DNA from: Macrostomum lignano
Taxonomy: Eukaryota
Assembly: GCA_002269645.1 (NCBI GenBank)
Contig: NIVC01001986.1
Span: 1-64,000 of the forward strand
Direction of reading: 5' to 3'
DNA length: 64,000 nt
The notes under the pieces are model-generated. The model was not told the DNA's origin, did no database searches, and worked only from the letters and a program-made list of their open reading frames with translations. Shown here piece after piece: positions 1-14,545 of the stretch (its first letter is position 1; each line of letters opens with the position of its first letter). The position numbers and the translations under genes are program-made.

Positions 1-527
1 GATAATTTTTTAGAAAAAAGCTGGTCTTTTTAAAACGTATTTACTGAACCAACCGAGAAAATGTAGGTTTAGTAAAGTTAGAAACTGCACCCCCCAGACA
101 TGATAATTTTTGGCCTCCATGACTCCGAGTTGAGCAAAGCTACTCAGCATATGGGAGGATTCAAACCAGACTGGGAACTTGGCCTATCGATTCCGTTTGC
201 AATCCGTCATAAAATTGAGTTTTCTCCAACTCATCCCCCCGATAGTCCTCTTTGTGCTGGTCAATTCGAGGGATTAAGCACGAGCTTGGCAACTAACTGC
301 ACATGAGCTCTGAGCCCACAGGAGATCTTGTTACCGGTGCCCGCACAGGCTGTTCAGTCCATCATTTACTCATATTTAAGCTGCCACTGCTGTATTTGCA
401 AAGGTGAAACGAGGAATTTTGGTCAATTAAATTTGGCATATTGAATCGATTGCATACACCTCAGAATCCGAGCTTTTAATCCTCCGTCTGTTTCACAACC
501 GCATGCTGTCCGCGCAACTTGCAAAAT

Positions 528-2440
528 GTCTGTCTGTGTCTAATCTCTCTCTCTCTCTGTCTGTGTCTAATCTAGCTCTCTCTGTTCTGTGTCTAATCTC
601 TCTCTCTCTCTCTCTCTGTCTGTGTCTTCTCTCTCCCTCTCTGTCTGTGTCTAATCTCTCTCTCTCTGTCTGTGTCTAATCTCTCTCTCTCTCTGTCTGT
701 GTCTAATCTCTCTCTCTCTGTCTGTGTCTAATCTAGCTCTCTCTCTGTCTGTGTCTAATCTCTCTCTCTCTGTCTGTGTCTAATCTCTCTCTCTCTCTGT
801 CTGTGTCTAATCTCTCTCTCTCTTGTCTGTGTCTAATCTAGCTCTCTCTCTGTCTGTGTCTAATCTCTCTCTCTGTCTGTGTCTAATCTCTCTCTCTCTC
901 TGTCTGTGTCTAATCTAGCTCTCTCTGTCTGTGTCTAATCTCTCTCTCTCTCTGTCTGTGTCTAATCTAGCTCTCTCTGTCTGTGTCTAATCTCTCTCTC
1001 TCTGTCTGTGTCTAATCTCTCTCTCCTCTCTGTCTGTGTCTAATCTCTCTCTCTCTGTCTGTGTCTAATCTCTCTCTCTCTCTGTCTGTGTCTAATCTCT
1101 CTCTCTGTCTGTGTCTAATCTCTCTCTCTCTCTGTCTGTGTCTAATCTCTCTCTCTCTCTGTCTGTGTCTAATCTCTCTCTCTCTCTGTCTGTGTCTAAT
1201 CTCTCTCTCTCTGTCTGTGTCTAATCTAGCTCTCTCTGTCTGTGTCTAATCTATCTCTCTCTCTGTCTGTGTCTAATCTCTCTCTCTCTGTTTGTGTCTA
1301 ATCTCTCTCTCTCTCTCTGTCTGTGTCTAATCTCTCTCTCTCTGTCTGTGTCTAATCTCTCTCTCTCTCTGTCTGTGTCTAATCTCTCTCTCTCTGTCTG
1401 TGTCTAATCTCTCTCTCTCTCTGTCTGTGTCTAATCTCTCTCTCTGTCTGTGTCTAATCTCTCTCTCTCTCTGTCTGTGTCTAATCTCTCTCTCTCTCTG
1501 TCTGTGTCTAATCTCTCTCTCTCTCTCTGTCTGTGTCTAATCTCTCTCTCTCTCTCTGTCTGTGTCTAATCTAGCTCTCTCTGTCTGTGTCTAATCTCTC
1601 TCTCTCTCTGTCTGTGTCTAATCTCTCTCTCTCTCTCTCTGTCTGTGTCTAATCTCTCTCTCTCTCTGTCTGTGTCTAATCTAGCTCTCTCTGTCTGTGT
1701 CTAATCTCTCTCTCTCTCTGTCTGTGTCTAATCTCTCTCTCTCTCTCTCTGTCTGTGTCTAATCTCTCTCTCTCTCTCTCTGTCTGTGTCTAATCTCTCT
1801 CTCCCTCTGTCTGTGTCTAATCTCTCTCCGAGTGGGCTTAATCTATCCCTCCGCTTGTGTCTAATCTCTCTTCGATTGTGTCTAATCTCTTACCGCTTGT
1901 GTCTAATCTCTCTCCCCGATTGTGTCTAATCTCTTACCGCTTGTGTCTAATCTCTCTCCCCGATTGTGTCAAATCTCTTACCGCTTGTGCCTGATCTCTC
2001 TCCCCGATTGTGTCAAATCTCTTACCGCTTGTGTCTAATCTCTCTCCCCGATTGTGTCTAATCTCTCTCCCGATTGTGTCTAATCTCTCTCCCCGATTGT
2101 GTCTAATCTCTCTCCCCGATTGTGTCTAATCTCTCTCCCCGATTGTGTCTAATCTCTCTCCCCGATTGTGTCTAATCTTCTCGCCCTGTGCTTAATTTAT
2201 CCCCCCGCTTGTGTCTAATCTCTCTCCCCGATTTTGTGTCAAATCTCTTACCGCTTGTGTCTAATCTCTCTCCCCGATTGTGTCAAATCTCTTACCGCTT
2301 GTGTCTAATCTCTCTTCTCTTGTGTCTAATCTTTCTCTCCGTCTCTGTGTCTAATCTCTCTCCGCTTGTGTCTAATCTCTCTCCCTGTGTCTAATCTCCG
2401 CTTGTGTCTTATCTCTCTCCCAGTCCTCTTGTATCTGTCT
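528..2440 (+). repeat. Compound minisatellite TCTGTCTGTGTCTAATC(TC)n (about 28-36 bp), switching near 1830 to a CCGATTGTGTCTAATCTCTCTCC-type variant
   Basis: Tandem units are directly visible; it lies upstream of the acceptor at 3597, so it is probably intronic. Confidence 0.95.
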
Positions 2441-3049
2441 CGGTCCTTCTCCTTGCCCATCCTTGTCATTCCACCTCATCTGTAATCCAGATTCCTTATC
2501 TGAATCACAACGACCGATGAAACTCAATCTGCGGTCTCGCACAATATCATAAATCCTACGGGGTTGGAGCTCTCGGATAGTGCTAAGATTTTATCCTAGG
2601 GGGGGGGCGGTGATGCAAGTGTATCAGATTCTGAAACCCGTTTTCGAACTGTCACCCCGAGGCCATCGAGACTGTCAATCCTCCTCAGATTTACTTTTCT
2701 AGGTGAAGGCTAAATACTCAATACCGTGGCTTTCGACCCCGATCGAATCTCCATTCTAGTCATCGTCACATTGACGTCTTGTTGTGTGTTTGCTACTAGA
2801 TGCGTTTCTCGTGTCAGATTTCCATTTTTAATGCCTGCCTTGAGACATCATTATTTTCCTTGTTGCATTGGCGAAAAAGACTCAGTCATCTGGCAGTACA
2901 CTTAGTATTCATATGTACACCTGAAAAATGCAGCGTAGGGGGCGTCTGTATCTGTAATATCCTTATTGATAGTGACCTTTGACCTTTAAACTTCACCCTA
3001 AGCGTGGATCTTTTCGGCGAGAGTAAAAATAATAAAAAAATCGTTTATT

Positions 3050-3540
3050 CCTAATACAAAAATCAATCAACACAAATTTGTATTCAAATAAACACAAAAA
3101 TTGGTGGTGTTACAATAAACATAAATTTTCGTTCATCTAAACACAAAAATTGGTTGTTTAAATCAACAAAAGTTGCGTTCAAATAAACACAGAAATCGGT
3201 TGTTCCGATAAACACAAATTTGCGTTCAAATAAACACAGAATTTGGTTGTTCCGATAAACACAAATTTGCGTTCAAATAAACACAGAATTTGGTTGTTCC
3301 GATAAACACAAATTTGCGTTCAAATAAACACAGAATTTGGTTGTTCCGATAAACACAAATTTGCGTTCAAATAAACACAGAATTTGGTTGTTTAAATAAA
3401 CAAAAGTTGCGTTGAAATAAACACGAAATTGGTTGTTCCGATAAACACAAATTTTCGTTCAAATAAACACAAAATAGTTGTTCTATTAAACACAAATTTG
3501 CGTTCAAATAAGCACAAAAAATGATGTTCCAATAAACACA
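3050..3540 (+). repeat. About 47-bp tandem repeat (AAATAAACACAGAATTTGGTTGTTCCGATAAACACAAATTTGCGTTC) with internal 23/24-bp subunits
   Basis: Near-identical copies at 3181-3420 with degenerate flanks. Confidence 0.9.
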
Positions 3541-3597
3541 ATATAAATGCAAATCATCTCAATGATTCGATTCTTTTATTTTTCAAAACCTCCGCAG

Positions 3598-3908
3598 ATT
3601 ACCGAATTCCCAACTCGGATGAGAACTACGAGAAGAGCTATTTGACATCGGCTCTGAGACACCAACAGACCCAACAGCGAGTGAACCCGGACCTCAGTCC
3701 AAGCGGACTCTATCAGACGTCCTCGGAGCAGTTGCAGCAGATTCACGGCTACCAACTTCTGCAGCAGCAGCAGCAACAACAACAGGCGCAGTCTCTCACT
3801 AGCAGTCCTTGCGCTGTGGATCGGATTGGTCGCACCGCTAAGAGGCAGAGTCAGCAGAAACAGCCAAGTTCGAAGTCCTTCAATTTGGTTACATCTTCTT
3901 TCGTTTGA
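3598..3908 (+). CDS. Terminal coding exon of an unidentified gene; Gln-rich tail ending KSFNLVTSSFV*
   Basis: Pyrimidine tract plus ccgcag acceptor at 3597; open frame (x)YRIPNSDENYEKSYLTSALRHQQ...SSFV; TGA at 3906-3908; AATAAA 7 nt later; coding-like composition. Confidence 0.7.
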
Positions 3909-3914
3909 ATTGAG

Positions 3915-3920
3915 AATAAA
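3915..3920 (+). terminator. Candidate poly(A) signal AATAAA
   Basis: Hexamer immediately after the stop at 3908. Confidence 0.45.
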
Positions 3921-4004
3921 ATGTACAGATATATTAACTCTGCGTGCTTGGTTAATGAACTGTTTTATAAGTCCGATTTCTTTAGTGAATTTAGGGCGTT
4001 CATT

Positions 4005-4390
4005 TGGTTGCTATGGTGAAATTGAAGGCTCTATTGTGGTTGCTATGGGAAATCTAAGGGTCTATTTTGGTTGCTATTGGGAATCTAAGGGTCTATTTTG
4101 GTTGCTATTGAGAATTGAAGGCTCTGTTGTGGTTGCTATGGAGAATTGAAGGCTCTATTGTGGTTGCTATGGGGAATTAAAGGCTCTGTTGTGGTTGCTA
4201 TGGGGAAATGAAGACTGTATTATGGTTGCTATGGTGAATTGAAAGCTCTGTTTTGGTTGCTATGGAGAATTGAAGGCTCTGTTGTGGTTGCTATGGGGAA
4301 TTAAAGGCTCTGTTGTGGTTCCTATGGGGAATCTAAGGATAAATTGTGGTTTCTATGGGAAATCTAAGGCTCTATTTTGGTTTCTATGGT
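4005..4390 (+). repeat. About 31-32-bp minisatellite (TGGTTGCTATGGAGAATTGAAGGCTCTGTTG)
   Basis: About 12 degenerate tandem copies. Confidence 0.9.
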
Positions 4391-4936
4391 AAACATGCGA
4401 CCTAAGACCGTTTGTTTCACTTAGAAGCAACTCTGAAAAAGTATGATTAGCTCGTAATAACGACCACAAGGATAGATTGCCACATTCCTAGTGTTGGAAA
4501 TTTTCAATACAATATAATCTTGTTAATCCAAGTCTAACTATCCTTGGCGAATGTCAAGTAGACTTTTCATTTGTTGTCCAGCGCATGCTGCTATTGCTAA
4601 AGCCATGTTTTCCAGATTGATAAAAAATGTCTTACTGGCAAAATATGAGACTTTGAGATAAAATCGATAACCAACAGATAAACTGTACAGTTTATTACAA
4701 ATAATTCACTGCGATCTTGTTAATTCGTTTATTTGTATTAAAAACTATGAAACTGGTTTTTTGCCAAAATAAACTTTTTAATACTCTGTAATATTTCTCC
4801 AAGTTTTGTAACAATGTTATTAATAGTACATTCTTATAAATTATACGCCGAATCGGCCCCTGTATTATACCCTGTAAATACACAGCTGTTTTTAGTTTAC
4901 TTATTCGTTTTGATTATTATAGATCTGCTTACTGCA

Positions 4937-5760
4937 ATCCAGCATCGCTAATCCAGCATCGTTAATCCAGCATAGTTAATCCAGCATCGTTAATCCAGCA
5001 TCGTTAATCCAGCATCGTTAATCTAGCATCGTTAATCCAGCATCGTTAATCCAGCATCATTAATCCAGCATCGTTAATCCAGCATCGTTAATCCAGCATC
5101 GTTAATCCAGCAACGTTAATCTAGCATCGTTAATCTAGCATTGTTAATCCAGCATCATTAATCTAGCATCGCTAATCCAACATCGTTAATCCGGCATTGT
5201 TATTCCAGCATCGTTAATCCAGCATCGTTAATCCAGCATAGTTAATCCAGCATCGTTAATCCGGCATTGTTATTCCAGCATCGTTAATCCAGCATCGTTA
5301 ATCCAGCATCGTTAATCTAGCATCGTTAATCCAGGAACGTTAATCTAGCATCGTTAATCTAGCATTGTTAATCCAGCATCGTTAATCCAGCATCGTTAAT
5401 CCAGCATCGTTAATCCAGCATCGTTAATCCAGCATCGTTAATCCAGCATCGTTAATCCAGCATCGTTAATCCAGCATCGTTAATCCAGCATCGTTAATCC
5501 AGCATCGTTAATTTAGCATCGTTAGTCTGACATCGTTAATCCATCATCGTTAAACCAACACCGTTAATCTGACAACGTCAATCTAAATCGTTAATCTGAC
5601 ATCGTTAATCCAGCAACGTTAATCCAGCAACGTTAATCCAGCATCGTTAATCCAGCATCGTTAATCCAGCATCGTTATTCCAGCAACGTTAATCCAGCAT
5701 CGTTAATCCAGCATCGTTAATCCAGCATCGTTAATCCAGCAACGACAATGCATCACTGTT
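4937..5760 (+). repeat. 14-bp minisatellite (AATCCAGCATCGTT)n
   Basis: Tandem copies directly visible. Confidence 0.95.
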
Positions 5761-6125
5761 AATCCTGCATTTTCTTGTCAAATTGCACTAGTTTGATTAC
5801 CCCAGCTGACTCCCTGAGCAGCTGAGAGGCTATCCGTCCCTCATTCAACCTCCAATCACGCTCTCATGACCCCAGGCCTCTCAACTGAACTCTTGACTAC
5901 TTCATGGCCTTTCAATTCACACGTGTCAATCAATTACAACTCCTACCCTCCTTAGGTGTCGAAGCATGTCTCTGCCCTTTTTCAACCCCAATCAGTAAAT
6001 TGGTGTGACCGACCTCTCTGAATTCTTGCAGTTTTTTTTCTATAATTTTAATACTTCATCAAAAAAACAGTCGAGATCTCAGTGATTGACCTTGAGCAAG
6101 TTCAGTTTTATTGAGCTTCTGCAAT

Positions 6126-6159
<34 letters not shown>

Positions 6160-6496
6160 GCATTTTAAGTCCGAAATTTGCTTTTGTATTGACATGAAAG
6201 TCCTGTGCGATTCTGTGGGCCCATGCGCTATCAAGTTCCCAATGATGCTCAACATCCCATGCATTGCTTGGGGATTGGAATTCAATTCTTCATCAACTCA
6301 AAAATAGGCAGCATAAGTATTTTTAATAGGGCTGAAATTTCATCTTTTGAAAGCTTTGCTGTGTTGATTGGAAGTTGGAATTTAACTAAAACTGCATGCA
6401 TACACGCGGGCTGAATCCATTAGTAACTAAAGACAAAATCAATTTGCTCAGTTCGAGATGGCTTGGAGCTGAGGTGCGGTTTCTATGCATGTACTG

Positions 6497-6956
<460 letters not shown>

Positions 6957-7400
6957 AATCAGCTACTTCACCTTTGTCAGTTCTGAATGCAGACATTTAC
7001 CACAGCTAAGATAGTTCCGTGGGTCAGAGTCGGCAAAGTTTTATTGAGCCTTTGTTGTGTGAGGAGGCACTTCACAAAGGGAAACAGAAGATCCTCAGAA
7101 GCAGAGAAGCCCAGATTCCCGACAGAGCCAGCCGGGACTTCTATTGATGCTGGTCCGAAATCTCGGTTTCATTAGCGAAAGTTGTGGGAACTTCAGGGCT
7201 TTGCAGTGTGGGAGTCAAGTGTGCCGCCGCTTCTGCCGCACAGAAGTTGGACAAGTTTGGAACTCTTCAACAAGTGGTTTAAGATTGACGCTGGTGATTT
7301 AAGAGGCAGGTTGAGAGATGCAATTGCAAATAGCTTTCTGCTTATGAGTTTTCCGTTTGAGGCCAGTTACCCCGGTAAATATGGTTTCCCTATTTGCGTA

Positions 7401-8062
7401 ACAGGTGGCTTTACTGTCTAACAGGTGACTTTACTGTCTAACAGGTGACTTTACTGTCTAACAGGTGACTTTACTGTCTAACAGGTGACTTTACTGTCTA
7501 ACAGGTGACTTTACTGTCTAACAGGTGACTTTACTGTCTAACAGGTGACTTTACTGTCTAACAGGTGACTTTACTGTCTAACAGGTGACTTTACTGTCTA
7601 ACAGGTGACTTTACTGTCTAACAGGTGACTTTACTGTCTAACAGGTGACTTTACTGTCTAACAGGTGACTTTACTGTCTAACAGGTGACTTTACTGTCTA
7701 ACAGGTGACTTTACTGTCTAACAGGTGACTTTACTGTCTAACAGGTGACTTTACTGTCTAACAGGTGACTTTACTGTCTAACAGGTGACTTTACTGTCTA
7801 ACAGGTGACTTTACTGTCTAACAGGTGACTTTACTGTCTAACAGGTGACTTTACTGTCTAACAGGTGACTTTACTGTCTAACAGGTGACTTTACTGTCTA
7901 ACAGGTGACTTTACTGTCTAACAGATGACTTTACTGTCTAACAGGTGACTTTACTGTCTAACAGGTGACTTTACTGTCTAACAGGTGACTTTACTGTCTA
8001 ACAGGTGACTTTACTGTCTAACAGGTGACTTTACTCTCTAACAGGTGACTTAACAATCTAAC
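7401..8062 (+). repeat. 20-bp minisatellite (ACAGGTGACTTTACTGTCTA)n, near-perfect
   Basis: About 33 copies with very few substitutions. Confidence 0.98.
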
Positions 8063-8537
8063 AGCCAGGTGACGCCCAAATAAAGGTGCCAAGAGCTGGG
8101 GGTATTTAATTTATGCTGACTCTTTAGAAAAACACGGAAGAAGCCCTGACAGCACGCAAGACTCAGTTTGAATGAGGCAGTTTGCAGTTCGTTAATAAGT
8201 CTTAATCAACAATAAGCGACCGCTCGAGCCCGCCTCAGCTATTCAAAGTGTCCGGTGACGAGTTTGCTCACCCACCCCAACCGCCGCGAACATTCGAGCG
8301 TTGATAAATCCTCAAATTGCGTGACTGCCTACCTGCCACGCAGTCGGATAACTGGGGCAGCGCGGGGGGGGCTGCCTGGAAAGGAAAAACTGCTGCAGGT
8401 CTGTCTGGGACCCCCATGCTGGCTTCAATGAATCGACACATTTTGGTAAAGTGAATAAAGAATGACTGCAAAGTGTAGCTAATTTTGGGCGGACTGTCTG
8501 CGCTGGGCTGCACGCTTCAAGGTTAAAGGAGGAGCAG

Positions 8538-9053
<516 letters not shown>

Positions 9054-9722
9054 CATAGTAGATTGTGAGATAGCTATATGAGCAGAGCAAAAGCCATTAA
9101 GTCAGGCAGTCATCAAACCCAAGCGCAAGGAAAGAGAAGTCACTGAGGGGACAAAGACGGACAGGCAGACAACCCGGAGACTTGGGAGAATTGGCCTGGG
9201 GGGCAGAAAGGAAGTCCCCCTATTGACAAACCGAACAATGGGAGCGGGGATCAGGCCTTCTTACTGAGTGAAGGGGGACCGCACTAGTTGATTGCTCCCC
9301 CTGATGTCCGAGCTGGAGCGGATGGGGAGAATCGTGCCGGCTTCTCCAGACCAGCCTCAAAAAGGCCATTCCGGAGCTTCAATCATTTCGCTTATCAACA
9401 AAGCGGCTTCGGCTTTGAGGCCTGGGGGCGCGGGGCGAGTTGTCTTCAAGCATGCCAATACTCTTTGGGCCGCCCGCTGTGCTGCTTTGGTAAAGCGACT
9501 ACCAAAAAAGGAAGCCCATTGTTCAGATTTCTTACCCTCTTTTTTTACAGAACTGAACCTTTATAATATTTGAATTCTCATTAGTTGAATTGCGGGCCTG
9601 GAAAATATTGAAATTTGGATTTTGCTGGGCGGTGGTTAGGGAATGGAAATTGGCTTTTGTACTCTTCTGTGTTTGAAATCCAAGATTGATCCCTTTCTTG
9701 GATTTTCGATTTCTTCCTTGCT

Positions 9723-9900
9723 GTCTCTATCCCTATCTCTATCTCTATCTCTATCTCTATCTCTATCTCTATCTCTATCTCTATCTCTATCTCTATCTCT
9801 ATCTCTATCTCTATCTCTATCTCTATCTCTATCTCTATCTCTATCTCTATCTCTATCTCCATCTCTATCCCTATCTCTATCTCTATCTTTGTCTCTATCT
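9723..9900 (+). repeat. (TCTCTA)n hexanucleotide repeat
   Basis: Directly visible. Confidence 0.95.
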
Positions 9901-10403
9901 TTAAATGTCTATCTTTCTCTTTCGCATTTTCTAATTTAACGTTTTATTCTCTTTTTTGACCTTCAAGCCCTACTCAGCTGTTCTATCATCATTAATAGCA
10001 ATCATTGAGATAGTTCAAAGCCGTACGGCAGTTAATATTTTCAATCTGTCGAGCTGCTTCGAGATAATTTTTGCTCCTAATTAATTCCCCGAACCCAAAT
10101 TCAGCCAGCAAGGACAGCAGAGGTGAGACTTCAACTTGGTGCAAGAACAGAAATGCCTTCAGTCAGTTCCTCATTAGTGCAAGGCAGGACATGAATTCTT
10201 TTACCGAAATTTTACTTCGCTTCAGGTTTTTTGTCATCTTTTGCTCGTTGCTCTCCACGGGCAATAAAATTCTTATATCGACGAAAACTATTCCTGCAAA
10301 AAGTTGCCATCATGTCCTTACTGTGCTACTTATGGTAGAAAAATGCGTTTTTCTGTAAAGGAACAACACTTTAACTATTTTTGTTGCTCTCCATTTTTTG
10401 AAA

Positions 10404-11530
10404 TATCTACTCTCCAATCTATAACATCTATTCTCCAATCGATAACATCTACTAGCCAATCGATAACATCTAATATCCAATCTATAACATCTACTCTGCA
10501 ATCTATAACATCTACTCTCCAATCTATAACATCTACTCTCCAATCTATAACATCTACTCTCCAATCGATAACATCTACTATCCAATCTATAACATCTACT
10601 CTCCAATCGATAACATCTACTATCCAATCTATAACATCTACTCTCCAATCTATAACATCTACTCTCCAATCTATAACATCTACTCTCCAATCTATAACAT
10701 CTACTCTCCAATCTATAACATCTACTCTCCAATCGATAACATCTACTCTCCAATCTATAACATCTACTCTCCAATCTATAACATCTACTCTCCAATCTAT
10801 AACATCTACTCTCCAATCGATAACATCTACTCTCCAATATATAACATCTACTATCCAATCTATAACATTTAATCTCCTATCTATAACATCTACTCTCCAA
10901 TCGATAACATCTACTATCCAATCTATAACATCTACTCTCCAATCTATAACATCTACTCTCCAATCTATAACATCTACTCTCCAATCTATAACATCTACTA
11001 TCCAATCTATAACATCTACTCTCCAATCTATAACATCTACTCTCCAATCGATAACATCTACTATCCAATCTATAACATCTACTCTCCAATCTATAACATC
11101 TACTCTCCAATCTATAACATCTACTCTCCAATCTATAACATCTACTCTCCAATCTATAACATTTAATCTCCTATCTATAACATCTACTCTCCAATCTATA
11201 ACATCTACTCTCCAATCTATAACATCTACTCTCCAATATATAACATCTACTATCCAATCTATAACATTTAATCTCCTATCTATAACATCTACTCTCCAAT
11301 CGATAACATCTACTATCCAATCTATAACATCTACTCTCCAATCTATAACATCTACTCTCCAATCTATAACATCTACTCTCCAATCTATAACATCTACTCT
11401 CCAATCTATAACATCTACTCTCCAATCTATAACATCTACTATCCAATCTATAACATCTACTCTCCAATCTATAATATCTACTCTCCAATCTATAACATCT
11501 ACTCTCCATTCTCAAACATCTACTCTCCAT
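10404..11530 (+). repeat. 21-bp minisatellite (TCTACTCTCCAATCTATAACA)n
   Basis: About 53 copies; accounts for the SITSTLQ ORF. Confidence 0.95.
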
Positions 11531-11919
11531 TTATCTGTGACTGTTTTGCCTTTGATTTTCATAAGCATAAATATCGATTTTAATTTACCATTTCTTGTGA
11601 AATATCGAAAATAGACGCTTCATAAAGGAAAATGTAAAGGCCTACATATTGTTGCTCACCCCAATGCTCATTTTGCTTCAAAACAATATCCTGCGGATTA
11701 ATTCTTAAGTATCTTACTTGCACACGCTGAAGACACAGGAATCTTATCTCCAGAAATTTGAGCGCACAGTTATTCTTTTTCTTGTTCCTGCCTCCTCATA
11801 TAGCTACATGCGTGCAGAGGATTGTAGCCAATGTGAACCACGGACTTCTCTACACTTAGATGCCTGGACTGGAAGCATGTAACGATGGACGGCTAAAATC
11901 CAAAAGCAAAAGGAGGCGA

Positions 11920-12240
11920 TGAACACCAGAGGCGCCAAAATGAACATCAGAGGCGCCAAAATGAACATCAGAGGCGCCAAAATGAACATCAGAGGCGCCA
12001 AAATGAACATCGGAGGCGCCAAAATGAACATCAGAGGCGCCAAAATGAACATCAGAGGCGCCAAAATGAACATCGGAGGCGCCAAAATGAACATCAGAGG
12101 CGCCAAAATGAACATCAGAGGCGCCAAAATGAACATCAGAGGCGCCAAAATGAACAACAGAGGCGCCAAAATGAACATCAGAGGCGCCAAAATGAACATC
12201 AGAGGCGCCAAAAATGGCTCTCAGAGGCGCCAAAATGAGC
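11920..12240 (+). repeat. 21-bp minisatellite (CAGAGGCGCCAAAATGAACAT)n
   Basis: About 15 copies. Confidence 0.95.
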
Positions 12241-12711
12241 AACGTGAGTAAATAAAAATCATTAGAACTTGTGAAGGCATTGATACATAAGCTGTCTTAA
12301 TGAATTAGCCTTCATTAGCCTGGGCACAACTCACCGGGTTTGTACTGGGTTTGGAGGGCATCAGAGAAGGCAGATGGATGCATATACGTACCGACATGAT
12401 TCACTATAGCCATCCATCACTGTCAAGCCAGTGTAATACAGAGAATTGAAATATATCTACATGTCTACATTCTCGCTAAATCGGCACATGTATAGAGGAG
12501 AATAGACAGCCAAACTGCTCTGGTATTAGCACACACAATAGTAGGCTACATGTAGTTGCTCCTATTTTGTAAAAAATATTCTTCACATTGGTAGAGAGTA
12601 AAAATATTTCAAATTATTGATTTGCACTTCTATAATATTGTGTAAAATATTGTACTTTTGGCCAGAAGAGCAAGAGGCATGGATGGAGAAAATCTACAAT
12701 GTAGATTATAT

Positions 12712-14545
12712 TGTGATAAAATCGGTGACAGTGTGATAAAATCGGTGACAGTGTGATAAAATCAGTGACAGGGTGATAAAATCAGTGACAGTGTGATAAA
12801 ATCGGTGACAGGGTGATAAAATCTGTGACAGGGTGATAAAATCGGTGACAGGGCGATAAAATCGGTAGATGTGTGATAAATTCAGTGACAGAGTGATTAA
12901 ATCTGTGACAGGGTGATAAAATCGGTGACAGTGTGATAAAATCAGTGACAGGGTGATAAAATCAGTGACAGGGTGATAAAATCGGTGACAGGGTGATAAA
13001 ATCGGTGACAGGGCGATAAAATCGGTAGATGTGTGATAAATTCAGTGACAGAGTGATTAAATCTGTGACAGGGTGATAAAATCGGTGACAGTGTGATAAA
13101 ATCAGTGACAGTGTGATAAAATCGGTGACAGTGTGATAAAATCAGTGACAGTGTGATAAAATCGGTGACAGTGTGATAAAATCAGTGATAGGGTGATAAA
13201 ATCGGTGACAGGGTGATAAAATCGGTGACAGGGTGATAAAATCGGTGACAGGGTGATAAAATCGGTGACAGTGTGATAAAATCAGTGACAGGGTGATTAA
13301 ATCTGTAACAGGGTGATAAAATCGGTGACAGTGTGATAAAATCGGTGACAGGGTGATAAAATCGGTGACAGTGTGATAAAATCAGTGACAGGTTGATTAA
13401 ATCTGTAACAGGGTGATAAAATCTGTGACAGGGTGATAAAATCGGTGACAGGGTGATAAAATCTGTGACAGGGTGATAAAATCGGTGACAGGGTGATAAA
13501 ATCGGTGACAGTGTGATCAAATCAGTGACAGGGTGATTAAATCTGTAACAGGGTGATAAAATCTGTGACCGGTTGATAAAATCGGTGACAGGGTGATAAA
13601 ATCTGTGACAGGGTGATAAAATCTGTGACAGGGTGATAAAATCGGTGACAGGGTGATAAAATCGGTGACAGTGTGATAAAATCAGTGACAGGGTGATTAA
13701 ATCGGTGACAGGGTGATAAAATCGGTGACAGGGTGATAAAATCGGTGACAGGGTGATAAAATCGGTGACAGGGTGATAAAATCGGTGACAGTGTGATAAA
13801 ATCAGTGACAGGGTGATTAAATCTGTAACAGGGTGATAAAATCGGTGACAGTGTGATAACATCGGTTACAGGGTGATAAAATCGGTGACAGTGTGATAAA
13901 ATCGGTGACAGGGTGATAAAATCGGTGACAGGGTGATAAAATCTGTGACCGGTTGATAAAATTTGGGACAGGGTGATAAAATCTGTGACAGGGTGATAAA
14001 ATCGGTGACAGGGTGATAAAATCGGTGACAGTGTGATAAAATCAGTGACAGGGTGATTAAATCGGTGACAGGGTGATAAAATCGGTGACAGGGTGATAAA
14101 ATCGGTGACAGGGTGATAAAATCAGTGACAGTGTGATAAAATCAGTGACAGGGTGATTAAATCTGTAACAGGGTGATAAAATCGGTGACAGTGTGATAAC
14201 ATCGGTTACAGGGTGATAAAATCGGTGACAGTGTGATAAAATCGGTGACAGGGTGATAAAATCGGTGACAGGGTGGTAAAATCAGTGACAGGGTGATAAA
14301 ATCGGTGACAGGGTGATAAAATCGGTGACAGGGTGATAAAATCGGTGACAGGGTGATAAAATCGGTGACAGTGTGATAAAATCGGTGACAGGGTGATAAA
14401 ATCGGTGACAGGGTGATAAAATCAGTGACAGGGTGATAAAATCGGTGACAGGGTGATAAAATCGGTGACAGGGTGATAAAATCGGTGACAGTGTGATAAA
14501 ATCGGTGACAGTGTGATAAAATCGGTGACAGGGTGATAAAATCGG
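12712..14545 (+). repeat. 20-bp minisatellite (GTGATAAAATCGGTGACAGG)n
   Basis: About 90 copies; resumes in degenerate form at about 15015-15355. Confidence 0.95.

Noticed and set aside
7000-7200. Minus-strand hAT dimerisation-like peptides (KFPQLS.., FVKCLLTQQR)
   Set aside because: Needs a frameshift and the motif spacing is off; too weak to call
7401-8062. CRISPR-like array
   Set aside because: Units are directly tandem with no unique spacers, no cas genes, and the context is eukaryotic; the same applies to all other arrays
9288-9573. 90-aa ORFs possibly from a LINE C-terminus (LWAARC)
   Set aside because: Single short motif; no RT or endonuclease motifs recognised
10304-11614. 436-aa Ser/Thr-rich (SITSTLQ)n ORF resembling a mucin or antifreeze protein
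   Set aside because: A 21-bp unit is automatically frame-preserving; no signal peptide or supported splice context; matches the general minisatellite pattern. Not formally excluded without RNA data
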